Source: Deferribacterales bacterium
Lineage (GTDB): Bacteria; Chrysiogenota; Deferribacteres; Deferribacterales; Geovibrionaceae
Direction: 5' to 3'
NCBI GenBank assembly: GCA_050251945.1
Contig: JBFWLW010000001.1
Span: 480,001 to 544,000, forward strand
Length of the DNA stretch: 64,000 bases
Made by a program: the position numbers and the translations under genes. This document shows positions 1 through 10,922 of the stretch, piece by piece (positions within the stretch are counted from its first letter, which is position 1; every line of letters begins with the position of its first letter). The notes under the pieces are model-generated. The model saw only the letters and a list, made by a program, of their open reading frames with translations, did no database searches and had not been told where the DNA came from.

Positions 1-640
1 TGTCAGTTCCCTCTTTTGCAGTGGCAACGGTATCCACCTTGCCTATGAGTATTGTGCCGGAAAGGTACTTGGACGCTATGGCACGCATCGCCATATAGTT
101 GTTCGTGCGCATTGCCTTGTCAAGCTCGGCAACCTTCGTTCCATTGGCGTCTGCAATGTCCACAACCTCAAGCTGGTTCGCGGTTAATTCGCTTATGACA
201 GTCTCTGTGAGGACGTTCGTCTCCTCGACATGTTTGTCGGGGAAAACAACAGGTATCATGACCGCAACGGATGTGTTCATAGCTAATGCACCCATCGCAT
301 CTCTCGCTTTTTCGGGAGAAATGACAGCGCTTATCATGATACGGTACATCTGTCCGTCTTCCTCTTCGCCTGTGACCTTATAGCTCTGGACAACGCCTGA
401 TACTTCGTTTTTGATGGCCTCATCAACAAGAACGGCATTCTGAACTATGGTATCGGATTTAACACGTACGCCGGATGCCTCTTCCAGAGCCGCCCATTTT
501 GCACGGGCAGTCGCCTGAAGTTTTGCTGAGGATTTGTCGCCGTTTATGATATCCGCTTCGCCCACAGCTGAAACAGTCACTGCCGCAAAAGATGAAACCG
601 CTAACATAAAAAGTGTCAAACTGAGTAACAATTTTCTCAT
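1..640 (-). CDS. Secreted FlgT N-terminal-like domain protein (3' end outside window)
   Basis: Own translation from ATG at 640: MRKLLLSLTLFMLAVSSFAAVTVSAVGEADIINGDKSSAKLQATARAKWAALEEASGVRVKSDTIVQN...; signal peptide and FlgT_N-like pattern; not in the ORF track. Confidence 0.6.
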   Translation of the reverse strand, partial: MRKLLLSLTLFMLAVSSFAAVTVSAVGEADIINGDKSSAKLQATARAKWAALEEASGVRVKSDTIVQNAVLVDEAIKNEVSGVVQSYKVTGEEEDGQMYRIMISAVISPEKARDAMGALAMNTSVAVMIPVVFPDKHVEETNVLTETVISELTANQLEVVDIADANGTKVAELDKAMRTNNYMAMRAIASKYLSGTILIGKVDTVATAKEGTD

Positions 641-754
641 ACTGCGCTCCGAGTGTATTTCTTATTAGTTTATAAGAAAATACGGTCTTTACAAGGTACA
701 AATAACAAACTGGCGGGATCCCACGCCCTCAGACTGATGACAAAGTCAGAAAAA

Positions 755-841
755 TGCGAGATCGCGTCGTCGCATGTGCTCCTCGCGAAGATGTAAATTG
801 CTGTCATTGCGAGGAAGCTGTAGGCTGACGCGGCAATCTCA
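755..841. repeat. REP-like intergenic palindromic repeat (GTCATTGCGAGG...GCAATCTC family)
   Basis: gagatcgcgtcgtcgc..ctcctcgcgaaga and gtcattgcgagg...gacgcggcaatctc; related copies at ~12491, ~22434, ~26080. Confidence 0.7.
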
Positions 842-900
842 TTAACTTTTAACAAGTTTGTCAACAACCTGCGGGCGGGATACCCCGCCCTATATATCAC

Positions 901-2106
901 TTAAAAAAGTTTTTTGAACATGCTCTGTCCTTCGAGCTTTTTCCTCTGGATTATGCTTCCGACCTTTATTCTGGCAGTAACTTCCGGCTTGCCTTCAATG
1001 GCAACCCAGCTCTGTCCCGGCTGAACCTGTTCAGATACAGTAATTTCAGCGGGAATAGTTGTCATTGTGCATGAGGTTGCGTTCGTCATGGGATCGGTTA
1101 TCTCCATAAAATCGAAAGCCTCAAGTTTCTGACCGGGCTGCATGCCTTTTTCGGAACCGATGTTTATAAGAGCGACCGCTTTGTTGCCTCTGAGCTGCTG
1201 AATATAACCTTTCTGGGCAAACTTTTCAGAGAAAACGGGTTTTATATCGTCAACTGCTTCGCCCATCGCTTTTTTAGCGGCTGTAAGAGCGAGTTCAGGG
1301 TTAAAGTTGCTGGAACCGCCAGCCACTTCGCGTCCTGTAACTTTTTCCGAAACAATCACTTCGCCTGTTTCGACATCAAGAAGCTGAACGGTCATTTCAA
1401 TTGTTATATTCCATCCCGCCTGAGTGTTCGCCAGTGCGGTTCCGATTGTCAGCGCAGCGCCAAGTCCGCCGCCAACGTTATTATTGTTGTCAATTTTCTC
1501 AACATATCTTGCGTCAATATTATCAACCGAACCGGAGATAAGATATTGAACTCCTGCCAGCTTGCCAAGTTTTGAGGCTGTGGAAGGATCGCCGACTGTC
1601 ATCTGGAATTTCTGTTCTGCCATGATCTTGTCCAGTTTCTTGCGGTCATACATCTGCGTTCCGCCGACCTTGCTGATGGTGTTCTCAACAGCAGATCTGG
1701 CATATTCGCCGACTTTTGAAGATATCTGACGCTGAAAGCTGTCTATCTGCGTGTTAACCTTGATATCCGTCCTGTTTGCGCCGACATAACCCACGCCGAC
1801 AGCACCGGGACCGCCCACTATTCCGGCAGCACCGGCAGAAACTGATTTTCTGGTTCCTTTAGTGTTAACACTTGTGTTTGTTGCGGTCATATCGCCGAAT
1901 GTCGTGTTGTTATCGAATTCAACGACTGCAACTCTGGGAAACTCGATCTTGTAAGATGCTCTGCAAGCATTTGGAATTGCAATTCTCTCCGCATCTGCGG
2001 GAGTGATCTGGTATGCCATCGGATCGACTTTAGGTCCTCCTCCGGTACAGGCCGAGAGCGCAATTAACCCGGCAACAAGAACTGTTGGTTTAAAAAAACG
2101 ATTCAT
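901..2106 (-). CDS. CsgG/HfaB-family lipoprotein
   Basis: Lipobox LSAC; RVAVVEF...DRKKLDKIMAEQKF...KLGKLAGVQYLISGSV typical of CsgG family; start set at MNRFF after GGAG. Confidence 0.75.
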   Translation of the reverse strand: MNRFFKPTVLVAGLIALSACTGGGPKVDPMAYQITPADAERIAIPNACRASYKIEFPRVAVVEFDNNTTFGDMTATNTSVNTKGTRKSVSAGAAGIVGGPGAVGVGYVGANRTDIKVNTQIDSFQRQISSKVGEYARSAVENTISKVGGTQMYDRKKLDKIMAEQKFQMTVGDPSTASKLGKLAGVQYLISGSVDNIDARYVEKIDNNNNVGGGLGAALTIGTALANTQAGWNITIEMTVQLLDVETGEVIVSEKVTGREVAGGSSNFNPELALTAAKKAMGEAVDDIKPVFSEKFAQKGYIQQLRGNKAVALINIGSEKGMQPGQKLEAFDFMEITDPMTNATSCTMTTIPAEITVSEQVQPGQSWVAIEGKPEVTARIKVGSIIQRKKLEGQSMFKKLF

Positions 2107-2168
2107 AACTTCCTCCAAGCACGTTGTATTATTATATACCACGAAATGCCACCAGTATGAAATAAAAG

Positions 2169-2798
2169 TTACTTAAGCCCCAATTCTTTCATAACCGTCT
2201 GGAGGTCTTCCCAGCAGGGCTTTTTCATGTTTGGATTGCGTAAAAGGTAGGCAGGATGGTATGTGGGCATCACTTTGATACCGTTAAGATCTACAAATGA
2301 TCCGCGAAGTTTTGTGATTCCGATATTGGTTCGCAACAGATTCTGTGCCGCAACACTGCCGAGGCAAATAATTATTTTGGGTTTGATATATTCTATCTGT
2401 CTGTAAAGGTACGGGATGCAAGTCATGGACTCATTTTCAAAAGGATTTCTGTTCTCCGGCGGTCTGCATTTCACGATATTGGCGATATAGACTTTTTCGC
2501 GGTTAAGTCCCATTGCCTCTATCATCTTGGTGAGAAGCTGACCTGCTTTTCCAACAAAAGGAATACCCTGCTCATCCTCGTCCGCCCCGGGTCCTTCACC
2601 GACAAACATAAGCTCCGCTTTTGTGTTTCCGACACCGAAAACAACGTTCTTTCTGGTGGAATGAAGCGGACATTTCGTACAGGACATGGTCTCCTGACGG
2701 AGCATCTCGAAAGGATCGTTCACAGTTTCGCACCCTTCGGCTATCATTTCTGATATACCGTATACGTCTTTTATTAAGTTATTCTCAAACAGAGCCAT
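2169..2798 (-). CDS. Uracil-DNA glycosylase family 4
   Basis: Cxx[37 protein letters not shown]. Confidence 0.93.
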   Translation of the reverse strand: MALFENNLIKDVYGISEMIAEGCETVNDPFEMLRQETMSCTKCPLHSTRKNVVFGVGNTKAELMFVGEGPGADEDEQGIPFVGKAGQLLTKMIEAMGLNREKVYIANIVKCRPPENRNPFENESMTCIPYLYRQIEYIKPKIIICLGSVAAQNLLRTNIGITKLRGSFVDLNGIKVMPTYHPAYLLRNPNMKKPCWEDLQTVMKELGLK

Positions 2799-3987
2799 TC
2801 TTTTTTCCGTAAAGCTCAGATGCAAACATCAGCAGTTTTTCCGCCGCTGTATCTTTAGTGACCTTTCCGGTGCAGAAAGGTTCTCTGTCACATGAAAAAA
2901 TCACAATCTCATTGCTGTCCGCCTCAAAACCGATATCTTTTCTGGAGATATCGTTGGCGGCTACCATATCGAGTTTTTTCTCAGCAAGTTTTTTACGGGC
3001 GTTGGCTTCCAGATTGTCGGATTCAGCCGCAAACCCCACAAAAATCTGACCGTCTTTTTTCAACGGAGCAATCTCTTTGAGTATATCGGGATTTTTGACA
3101 AGACGAATTGTCATTTCAGCATTGTCTGTCTTCTTTATCTTCGTATCTGAATATTCCGCCGCGCGGAAATCCGCAACAGCCGCCGCCATAACAAGTATGT
3201 CGGCATCTGCAACAGCCTGCTTGACGGCATTAAGCATTTCAAGTGCAGACAGCACATTAACGGTATCAAAACCGTCCACTGCAACGCTCGTAAGCCCTGC
3301 GATAAGTTTTACATCCGCACCGAGCCTTTGTGCCTGTCTGGCAACGGCAAGCCCCATTTTTCCGCTGGAGCGGTTGGTAATGAACCGCACAGGGTCGATG
3401 GCTTCCGCCGTGGCACCTGCGGTGACAAGCACCTTAAGTCCTGCCAGCGGCTTTTCCTGACTGAAAACATATTCAAATATCTCTTCCGGTTCCGCCATGC
3501 GCCCTTTGCCCTCTGTACGGCACGCCATCTCTCCCGTATTGGGGTCTATCAGATCGTGTCCCAGAGAAGCAAGCAAAGCCAGATTCTTCTGCGTGGCAGG
3601 GTTTGCATACATATCCACATTCATGGACGGCGCAATGTGTATGGGCTTTTTATATGGAAGCACAGTGGATGTGAGGAGATCGTCCGCCATTCCGTGGGCG
3701 ATTTTCGCAATGATGTTCGCTGTGGCGGGGGCGATGATGAATTCATCCGCCCAGCCTGCGAGCCAGACATGTTCTATTATCCCCGGCTCAATTCCAGCCT
3801 CGAACTCACCTGTATAGACACGGTTTCCCGTGATAGCCTGAAATGTCAGAGGAGTGACAAAGCGGCAAGCGGTCCCGGTCATGATAACTTTGACCTCATG
3901 CCCCGCTTTCACCATCAGGCGGCAGAGATGAACAGATTTGTAACAGGCTATCCCGCCTGTTACACCGAGAAGTATCTTCTTAGTCAT
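2785..3987 (-). CDS. coaBC: Phosphopantothenoylcysteine decarboxylase/ligase
   Basis: GVTGGIACYK, APATAN, PSMN, VTAGAT.E.IDPVRFITNRSSGKMG, VGFAAES. Confidence 0.96.
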   Translation of the reverse strand: MTKKILLGVTGGIACYKSVHLCRLMVKAGHEVKVIMTGTACRFVTPLTFQAITGNRVYTGEFEAGIEPGIIEHVWLAGWADEFIIAPATANIIAKIAHGMADDLLTSTVLPYKKPIHIAPSMNVDMYANPATQKNLALLASLGHDLIDPNTGEMACRTEGKGRMAEPEEIFEYVFSQEKPLAGLKVLVTAGATAEAIDPVRFITNRSSGKMGLAVARQAQRLGADVKLIAGLTSVAVDGFDTVNVLSALEMLNAVKQAVADADILVMAAAVADFRAAEYSDTKIKKTDNAEMTIRLVKNPDILKEIAPLKKDGQIFVGFAAESDNLEANARKKLAEKKLDMVAANDISRKDIGFEADSNEIVIFSCDREPFCTGKVTKDTAAEKLLMFASELYGKKNGSV

Positions 3988-4192
3988 CCAGCTGTTCAAA
4001 ATCTATTTTACCTGTAATGATCTCATTGAGAGCATTTGTGGTATTTTTGCTGTAGTCGTCAGATCTTCTGCTGAGAGTGTCCTCTTTGGGGCTGTTCAGC
4101 TCGCGAGAGCGAAGTCCGGCAACGTGAACCAGCTTAAAGCGGCTCTTCAGATTGGGCTTGGAAATGATTTTTTCGATGTCAAGTAAAGGCAA
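3980..4192 (-). CDS. rpoZ: RNA polymerase omega subunit
   Basis: SRFKLVHVAGLRSREL...ALNEI; conserved position between gmk and coaBC. Confidence 0.85.
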   Translation of the reverse strand: MPLLDIEKIISKPNLKSRFKLVHVAGLRSRELNSPKEDTLSRRSDDYSKNTTNALNEIITGKIDFEQLDD

Positions 4193-4206
4193 TTTATTTT
4201 CCTCCG

Positions 4207-4818
4207 TTAATTCAGGTCCATTACATCTTCTATTTTGTCAACGTCACCGGCACGCAAATGCTCGGCGATATACACTGCTTCCAAATCGTTGTACGCTCTG
4301 TTTATCTCTTTATTGACTATAAGATAGTCGTATTCATGAATATGCTGTATCTCTTCGCGGGCATTTGAGAGGCGGATATTCATTATCTCTTCGCTCTCTG
4401 TTCTGCGGTTGATGAGTCTCGTGCGCAGGTCGCTCATACTGGGAGCGGTAATAAAAACGTATATGCCGTAATCCAGCGTGTTCTTAAGCTGTCTGGCGCC
4501 TTTCGGGTCGATGTCAAGAAGCACGTCCCTGCCTGATGCGAGTATCTCTTCAACTTTCGTGCGGCTGGTTCCGTAATAATTGTCGTGTACTTTTGCCCAC
4601 TCCAGAAACTCACCGCGTTCTATCATCGCCTCGAACTCTTCAACAGAGATGAAGAAATAGTCTTCCGTATCGGTTTCATCGTGTCTGGGCTTGCGCGTGG
4701 TGTAGGAAACAGAGTAGCCAACCGTTTCAAAATTGCCGAGCAGGCGGCTGCAAAGTGTCGTTTTTCCCGCGCCGCTGGGAGCGCTCACCACAAAAAGCTT
4801 TCCTTTACGCTTACTCAT
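4207..4818 (-). CDS. gmk: Guanylate kinase
   Basis: SAPSGAGKTT, TTRKPR, FLEWAKVHDNYYGT. Confidence 0.96.
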   Translation of the reverse strand: MSKRKGKLFVVSAPSGAGKTTLCSRLLGNFETVGYSVSYTTRKPRHDETDTEDYFFISVEEFEAMIERGEFLEWAKVHDNYYGTSRTKVEEILASGRDVLLDIDPKGARQLKNTLDYGIYVFITAPSMSDLRTRLINRRTESEEIMNIRLSNAREEIQHIHEYDYLIVNKEINRAYNDLEAVYIAEHLRAGDVDKIEDVMDLN

Positions 4819-5690
4819 ACCAGATTCTGCACCTGTTCGCGGATTTTTTCAATCTCGCTTTTTGCCTGAACAACATTATTAATGATAGCGGTCTTTCCGC
4901 TCTTTGAACCGATGGTGTTGAATTCGCGGTTAAGCTCCTGACACATGAAATCGAGCTTCTTACCGCTCTCCTTCTCAGTGTCGATGATGGTTCTGAACTG
5001 CTCAACGTGGGAAGAAATACGGGTTATCTCTTCGGAGATATCAGCTTTTTCCGCCATAACAGCGGCTTCCTGAACTATTTTATCTTCCGCATCCACGCCG
5101 AAATCAGCCATACGCTTTTCAAATTTCTCCCGCCAGTATTCATAGACCCCTTCGCGGTTAATGTCTATGTCGGCGGCTATGGCTGTCAGGATATCAAGGC
5201 GGGATTTTATGTCATCGGCAAGGTTTCTGCCCTCAAGCAGTCTCATGCCGTCCATCTCTGCCGCGCAAGTTTTTATACACCCGATAACGAAGTCCGAAAG
5301 CCTTTGTCCGAGGTCGTCGGTCTCTTCCGTCTCTAAAATATCGTTAAAATTGAGAAGGTGTTCAAGGCTTATTTTTCCGTGAACTCCGAATCGTTCTTTA
5401 AGCTCCGTAAGGACGTTCATATAACTTTCAACCGCATCCTGACGCAGAACCGGCTTATACTGTTGTTTTTTCAGTTTAAGGTCGATGTTGACATCCACCT
5501 TTCCGCGAACCAGGACGTCTTTCAGAACGTTCTTCAGGGTTATCTCCATGAAGTTGAAAAGTCTGGGCATCCTGACATTGCAGTCAAAATATCTGCTGTT
5601 GACAGATTTCATCTCCACTTTTAAATCGCAGAGTTCGTTACCTGTCATTATTTTACCGTAGCCGGTCATGCTTTTGGCGGTCATATTCAA
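4815..5690 (-). CDS. yicC: YicC/YloC family endoribonuclease
   Basis: SMTGYG, KSVNSRY, DISEEITR, GKKLDF..QELNREFNTIGSKS, EKIREQVQN. Confidence 0.93.
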   Translation of the reverse strand: MNMTAKSMTGYGKIMTGNELCDLKVEMKSVNSRYFDCNVRMPRLFNFMEITLKNVLKDVLVRGKVDVNIDLKLKKQQYKPVLRQDAVESYMNVLTELKERFGVHGKISLEHLLNFNDILETEETDDLGQRLSDFVIGCIKTCAAEMDGMRLLEGRNLADDIKSRLDILTAIAADIDINREGVYEYWREKFEKRMADFGVDAEDKIVQEAAVMAEKADISEEITRISSHVEQFRTIIDTEKESGKKLDFMCQELNREFNTIGSKSGKTAIINNVVQAKSEIEKIREQVQNLV

Positions 5691-5765
5691 CCTTGTAAGA
5701 AAATGATTTGCCTTTAAAGGCTTTTTGAGTTTAGAATAATAAACAAATTGTACTTGGAGGTCAAT

Positions 5766-6506
5766 ATGTTTCAGCTTCCTTTAGTGCTTCTGGTGCTGAT
5801 TGTGATACTTGCTATCAATTCAGTCAAGATTCTCAGGGAGTACGAGCGCGGAGTAATCTTCCGTCTGGGGCGCTATACAGGCGTCAGGGGACCCGGTCTC
5901 ATCATACTGGTACCCATTCTGGAAAAAATGGTGAAGGTGAACCTGCGTACATTCGTTATGGATGTCCCTCCGCAGGATGTCATCACAAAGGACAACGTTT
6001 CTGTTAAGGTGAACGCGGTGGTCTATTTCCGCGTTATGGAACCGAACAAGGCTGTTCTTGAGGTTGAGGACTTCTATTACGCCACAAGCCAGCTTGCGCA
6101 GACGACGCTGAGGAGTATTCTCGGTCAGTTCGAGCTTGACGAAATGCTTTCCAACAGAGAGAAGATCAACCACGACCTTCAGGACGTTCTGGACAGCCAG
6201 ACAGACCCTTGGGGCGTTAAGATTTCCGCTGTTGAGATGAAGCACGTTGACCTGCCCAGCGAAATGCAGAGAGCTATGGCAAAACAGGCCGAGGCGGAAA
6301 GAGAAAGAAGAGCAAAGATTATCAACGCCGACGGCGAAATGCAGTCCGCACAGAAACTGCACGAGGCGAGCGAAATCATGGCTCAAAACCCTCTTACAAT
6401 TCAGATACGCTACCTGCAAACACTGAACCAGATAGCAAACGACAAAACAAACACCATCGTGTTCCCTATGTCGCTTGATAACATCACGAATCTGTTTAAG
6501 AAGTAA
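5766..6506 (+). CDS. SPFH/stomatin (slipin) family membrane protein
   Basis: [42 protein letters not shown]. Confidence 0.92.
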   Translation: MFQLPLVLLVLIVILAINSVKILREYERGVIFRLGRYTGVRGPGLIILVPILEKMVKVNLRTFVMDVPPQDVITKDNVSVKVNAVVYFRVMEPNKAVLEVEDFYYATSQLAQTTLRSILGQFELDEMLSNREKINHDLQDVLDSQTDPWGVKISAVEMKHVDLPSEMQRAMAKQAEAERERRAKIINADGEMQSAQKLHEASEIMAQNPLTIQIRYLQTLNQIANDKTNTIVFPMSLDNITNLFKK

Positions 6507-6515
6507 ATTTTCTAT

Positions 6516-6540
6516 GGGGCGGCTTCAGTCGCCCCTTCTT
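6516..6540 (+). terminator. Probable intrinsic terminator
   Basis: ggggcggc-ttca-gtcgcccc followed by ttctt. Confidence 0.6.
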
Positions 6541-6552
6541 AAAGGATAATTA

Positions 6553-7188
6553 ATGCTAATATTTATATTATTTTATTTATTATTTTTGTTCATAATTCTT
6601 TTTTTAATTTATAAAATGTATTTCAATAAGACAAAAAATAAATCACTGATATTTAAACTTGAACTGGCAACTTTAGTATTGTCTTTTTTTGGCGCAATAC
6701 CATTAATTATAAACTTTAACCAAATGATCGATACAGTAAAAAGAAATAAATTAATAGCTGAATCTTACAGCAATATCCATTATGCTAATGTCATTTACGA
6801 TTCCATCAAAAACGTTAGTTGTATAAAATTCACAAAATCAGAATACAGTCCTGAGAATTTCGATGAAATACAGAATCAATACAACAATATATGCAAATGG
6901 AGTAAAATAAACAAGCTCCCAAAAGTTGAATCAAACTCATATATTTCAAAAGATATTTTAATTTCTATGCCAAAAATTACTGATGAGTCACTCAAAGAAT
7001 TCACAGATGATTTCATTTTAGCTTCTAAAGCTTATAATCAAACTCTAGATAAAATTAAAATGCATGATAAAGAAAATTCTAGCAGTGATTTGTTAAACAT
7101 CTTTTTGATTCCTTTCTACCCAATACTATTAGCACTTGCTCTTATGTTGCAATTAATAAAAATTACATACGACTATGTCACAAACTAA
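6553..7188 (+). CDS. Hypothetical membrane protein (very AT-rich)
   Basis: 211-aa ORF with N- and C-terminal hydrophobic segments; composition differs from flanks. Confidence 0.6.
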   Translation: MLIFILFYLLFLFIILFLIYKMYFNKTKNKSLIFKLELATLVLSFFGAIPLIINFNQMIDTVKRNKLIAESYSNIHYANVIYDSIKNVSCIKFTKSEYSPENFDEIQNQYNNICKWSKINKLPKVESNSYISKDILISMPKITDESLKEFTDDFILASKAYNQTLDKIKMHDKENSSSDLLNIFLIPFYPILLALALMLQLIKITYDYVTN

Positions 7189-7304
7189 GATATCATATAT
7201 ATTTTTATTTATTCAAAATCTCATATTTTAACAAATTTCTAACCAATCCCTTTTACCGATAGCGACAACAAAAACAACAAGCTCGTCTCATACTACCTGA
7301 TACA

Positions 7305-8963
7305 CTATTCTGATTTGTTTTTTATAGACATACAGTTTATAAAAACTGTTTCATTAGCAGACAATACACGCTCATCATGCGAGACATAAAAGATAATTTT
7401 TCCCTGCTGTTTCAGCTCACTAATTATTTCATGAACAACGGCAGTGTTTTCAGAATCCAGTGATGCCGTTACCTCATCCAGAATGATTATATCTGCATTT
7501 TTCGCCACCGCACGGGCAAAGCCTACCCTGCTCCGCTCGCCGCCTGAAAAGCGATTGCCGTTCTCTCCGGCTGATGTCAATGCATCCAACCCGTCCAAGT
7601 TCAGCCTGCAAATGATATCTGCACAATCAACATCACCATCTGGATATGCAACATTTTCAGCAAGGCAGACATTATGCAGAAATGCTGTCTGCGGCGCGTA
7701 GGCAAAAATATTCCTCAACTGTTTTTTCGGATACTCGTTTATATCCCTGCCGAACACGGTCAGTTTTCCGCCTCTCAGCGGATAAAAGCCCAACAGAACC
7801 CGCAGAAGTGAGCTTTTGCCGCTTCCGCTGATACCTTTCAGGTGTATCAGGTCGCCTCGCTTGCAATTGAACGACAGATTTTCAAAAATTACAGTTCCGT
7901 TCAGCGAAAGAGAAATATTTTCTGCAACAACGCAATCTCCGGTGGTATCTATAAAATTATTATTATCAGCCTCTTCCGGCAGTTCAAAATATTCGGTTAT
8001 ACGCTTTGCAGACACAAGACCTCGCTGTATCGACTGATAATACTGGCTGATATTGCGGACAGGAGCATAAAATTTATTGGAATAATCAAACACGATGGAA
8101 ACCATACCAAGCGGCATAGCTCCCGCAACAACTTTATATACGGTATATATCAGCGCCGAAGAAACGCCGAATACACGCAGACTGCCCTCCACAGGAAAGA
8201 ACATTGAAAGGCTTTTTGCGGCACTAAGCCTGTGGCAGAAGGAATCATCCGCTGTGGTGCCGAACAGGCGGTTTTCATAGCTTTCACCTCTGAAAGCCTT
8301 AATGGTTTCATAACCGCTTAAAGACTGCTCCAGAATGGATGTAAGTTTTGAATCGGATATCTGCACATTGTCAGCCGCCAGCTTCTGTTTCTTTGCAGTG
8401 CGGAGACTGAAAAACCAGATAAACGGCAAAACACAAACAAGAATCAGCATTACCGCAGGCGCAGTATAAAGTATGAAAGCAGTTATCCAGATAAGGTCGA
8501 AGATATCAGAAAACATAGTGTAAAGTGGTCTTGAAAATATGTTTTCCAGCTGCCTTGTACTGTTGATAAGCGTATAGATAGTATCGCCTTTATCTGTTTG
8601 CATCTGCCTAACAAAATCCACCCGCATACATTTGGCGAAAAGATTTACCCTTATTCTGTTGATTACGTTCTCACAGAAAATTTCTGCCAGATAACAGAAC
8701 AATATCCTGAAAAGAATGGCAATAACTGAAAAAACAAAGAACAGAACTATTCCGGCAACTGCCATGTTGTCAAATCCCATCAGGCTGACAAGCTTGCTTA
8801 CAACACCGAGACCTTCGCGACCGGACAAAGCATCCAGAGTGTACCCGAAAAACTGTATAGGTATGACTGAAAGTAATGAGGATATAACCGCCATAACCAG
8901 AAGCACGATGATGTGCCATGCAGGAACTTCTGACAGACGGATAATTTTGAATATGTACTGCAT
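7305..8963 (-). CDS. ABC exporter, fused permease/ATPase
   Basis: N-terminal TM helices; Walker A GISGSGKS, signature FSGGE, Walker B IILDE. Confidence 0.88.
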   Translation of the reverse strand: MQYIFKIIRLSEVPAWHIIVLLVMAVISSLLSVIPIQFFGYTLDALSGREGLGVVSKLVSLMGFDNMAVAGIVLFFVFSVIAILFRILFCYLAEIFCENVINRIRVNLFAKCMRVDFVRQMQTDKGDTIYTLINSTRQLENIFSRPLYTMFSDIFDLIWITAFILYTAPAVMLILVCVLPFIWFFSLRTAKKQKLAADNVQISDSKLTSILEQSLSGYETIKAFRGESYENRLFGTTADDSFCHRLSAAKSLSMFFPVEGSLRVFGVSSALIYTVYKVVAGAMPLGMVSIVFDYSNKFYAPVRNISQYYQSIQRGLVSAKRITEYFELPEEADNNNFIDTTGDCVVAENISLSLNGTVIFENLSFNCKRGDLIHLKGISGSGKSSLLRVLLGFYPLRGGKLTVFGRDINEYPKKQLRNIFAYAPQTAFLHNVCLAENVAYPDGDVDCADIICRLNLDGLDALTSAGENGNRFSGGERSRVGFARAVAKNADIIILDEVTASLDSENTAVVHEIISELKQQGKIIFYVSHDERVLSANETVFINCMSIKNKSE

Positions 8964-9045
8964 TTACGCCCCGTAAAAATATTAAGATATCATATCGGGA
9001 GCGAATTTTGAAATAAAAAGCCCCTCGCGGGGAGGGGCATAGTCC

Positions 9046-10065
9046 TTATTTTGCGTTTCTTGCTGTCTCAAGCCATTTGTTCCACGTTGCCTTGTTTTTT
9101 GCTATCCATTGGTCAACATGGCGCTCGATGTCCTTTTCAGACTTCTCGCCTGAATTCATCTTTGTGTTCTGTTCGTTGATGTCCGCCAGATTCAGCGTGA
9201 ATTCCGACAGGAAAACCTTTGCCGCCGGGTTTGCCGCAAGGAATTTCTTGTTGGCAACCGCCCTGATATCGTTAACGACGAATCCGAGCTTAACAGGGTC
9301 TGAAACTGCACCGACAACACCTTTTGCAGTCATTCTGTCTTTGAACGGCATCTGAGACTCAGAAGGTTTTATCTCCGGGACGTTGATCCAGACAACATCT
9401 TTACCGGGTTTAAGCTTAAATATCGTCCAGTTGGGCGCCCATGTGTAAAAGAAAACAGGCTTGCCCGCTTTCTGCTGTGCAAGAGCCTGTGACATACTTG
9501 CAGAATAGGAAGCTTTGATGGGGTCGATATATTTTTTAAGCCCGTAAACGTCCATATGATAGCTTATAGCCTTTTCACATCCCCACCCCGGAGGACACGC
9601 AACAAGGTCAGCTTTGCCGTCGCCGTTCATATCGAAAGCCTTTCTTACATCATCTCTTTTGAAATCATCCAGAGATTTGATGTTATATTTCTCCGCGTAG
9701 CTTTTTGAAACAAGATAACCCTGCAAGCCGCCTGCCTTAACAACATAGCCTATTATTTCTGCTTTGCTGTCAAAGTTTCTGGGAAGCTGTGCCGTGTGCA
9801 GAGGGAACCAGCCGTTAGCCCAATAGTCCACATCGCCAAGCGTAAGCGATTGATAGAACAGAGGGTTCGTAAGCTCTTTCGGTTTTTCAACCTTATATCC
9901 CAGCTCTTCCATTCCGCGCCTGATGAGCGCTTCCTGAAAATATCCTGTATCCCATGTCGCCCTTGCGGGTTTCAGCGTTTTTCCTTTGCCCGGTGTTTTG
10001 TTATACGCCGATGCCGAAACAACAAGCATAAGACCCACGAATACCGTTAAAAAAAGTCTTCTCAT
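9046..10065 (-). CDS. proX: Glycine betaine/proline ABC transporter substrate-binding protein
   Basis: Signal peptide; WFPLH, CPPGWGC, FYTWAPNW; operon with proV/proW. Confidence 0.9.
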   Translation of the reverse strand: MRRLFLTVFVGLMLVVSASAYNKTPGKGKTLKPARATWDTGYFQEALIRRGMEELGYKVEKPKELTNPLFYQSLTLGDVDYWANGWFPLHTAQLPRNFDSKAEIIGYVVKAGGLQGYLVSKSYAEKYNIKSLDDFKRDDVRKAFDMNGDGKADLVACPPGWGCEKAISYHMDVYGLKKYIDPIKASYSASMSQALAQQKAGKPVFFYTWAPNWTIFKLKPGKDVVWINVPEIKPSESQMPFKDRMTAKGVVGAVSDPVKLGFVVNDIRAVANKKFLAANPAAKVFLSEFTLNLADINEQNTKMNSGEKSEKDIERHVDQWIAKNKATWNKWLETARNAK

Positions 10066-10076
10066 AATTCCTCCTG

Positions 10077-10922
10077 TTATCTTCTATTTTTTCCCATACC
10101 CTGTGTAATGCGGTCAAAAACTATAGCGATAAGCACGATTGACAAACCGCCTATGGTCGCAAGACCGATGTCCAGAGTATTAAGTCCCATGAAAACGGGC
10201 ATGCCAAGACCGCCCGCCCCAATGAGCGCCGCTATGACCACCATAGACAGCGACATCATTATTGTCTGGTTCAGCCCTGCCATTATCGAAGGCATGGCAA
10301 GGGGTATCTGTACCCTGCGAAGAACCTGAAACGGCGTGGCACCAAAAGCCACAGCCGCCTCCACAAGCTCAGGGTGCACCTGCCGTATCCCAAGGCTGGT
10401 CAGCCTTATTATAGGCGGCAGAGCAAAAACTATCGTCGCCAGAACGCCGGAAACAGTGCCGATGCTGAAAAGCATCACAACCGGAACAAGGTAAACAAAA
10501 GCCGGAGTTGTCTGCATTGCATCCAGAAACGGTCTGATAAAAGCCTCGAACCTGTCGCTCCGTCCAGCCAGAATACCCAGCGGGACACCGGCAATGGCGC
10601 AGAAAAGTACTGAACAGATAACCATTGCAACGGTTATCATCGCCTCTTCCCAAAAGCCAAGAAGCCCGATCAGCAGCATTGTCAGAAAAGTAAATACGGC
10701 AGTCTTTTTACCGGAATATCTCCATGCCAAAAGCACAAGAACGGCTGTGAATACCAGCGGATGTGTATGCGTAAGCACCCATGAAACACCGTTAAGCGAC
10801 TTTTCCACCGGATACTTGATCATCTGGAAAAAATCTCTGTGGTATTCAACCAGCCAGTCAACGCCGTCCTGAATCCATTCATTCAAAGGGATCACGCGTT
10901 CGTCAAAATCAAAAAAACTCAT
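10077..10922 (-). CDS. proW: Glycine betaine/proline ABC transporter permease
   Basis: LDAMQTTPAFVYLVP, IRLTSLGIRQV, EAAVAFGA. Confidence 0.92.
   Translation of the reverse strand: MSFFDFDERVIPLNEWIQDGVDWLVEYHRDFFQMIKYPVEKSLNGVSWVLTHTHPLVFTAVLVLLAWRYSGKKTAVFTFLTMLLIGLLGFWEEAMITVAMVICSVLFCAIAGVPLGILAGRSDRFEAFIRPFLDAMQTTPAFVYLVPVVMLFSIGTVSGVLATIVFALPPIIRLTSLGIRQVHPELVEAAVAFGATPFQVLRRVQIPLAMPSIMAGLNQTIMMSLSMVVIAALIGAGGLGMPVFMGLNTLDIGLATIGGLSIVLIAIVFDRITQGMGKNRR

Noticed and set aside
459..900. Short minus-strand ORFs (80 aa and 76 aa)
   Set aside because: One is off-frame to the real gene starting at 640; the other spans REP-like repeats.
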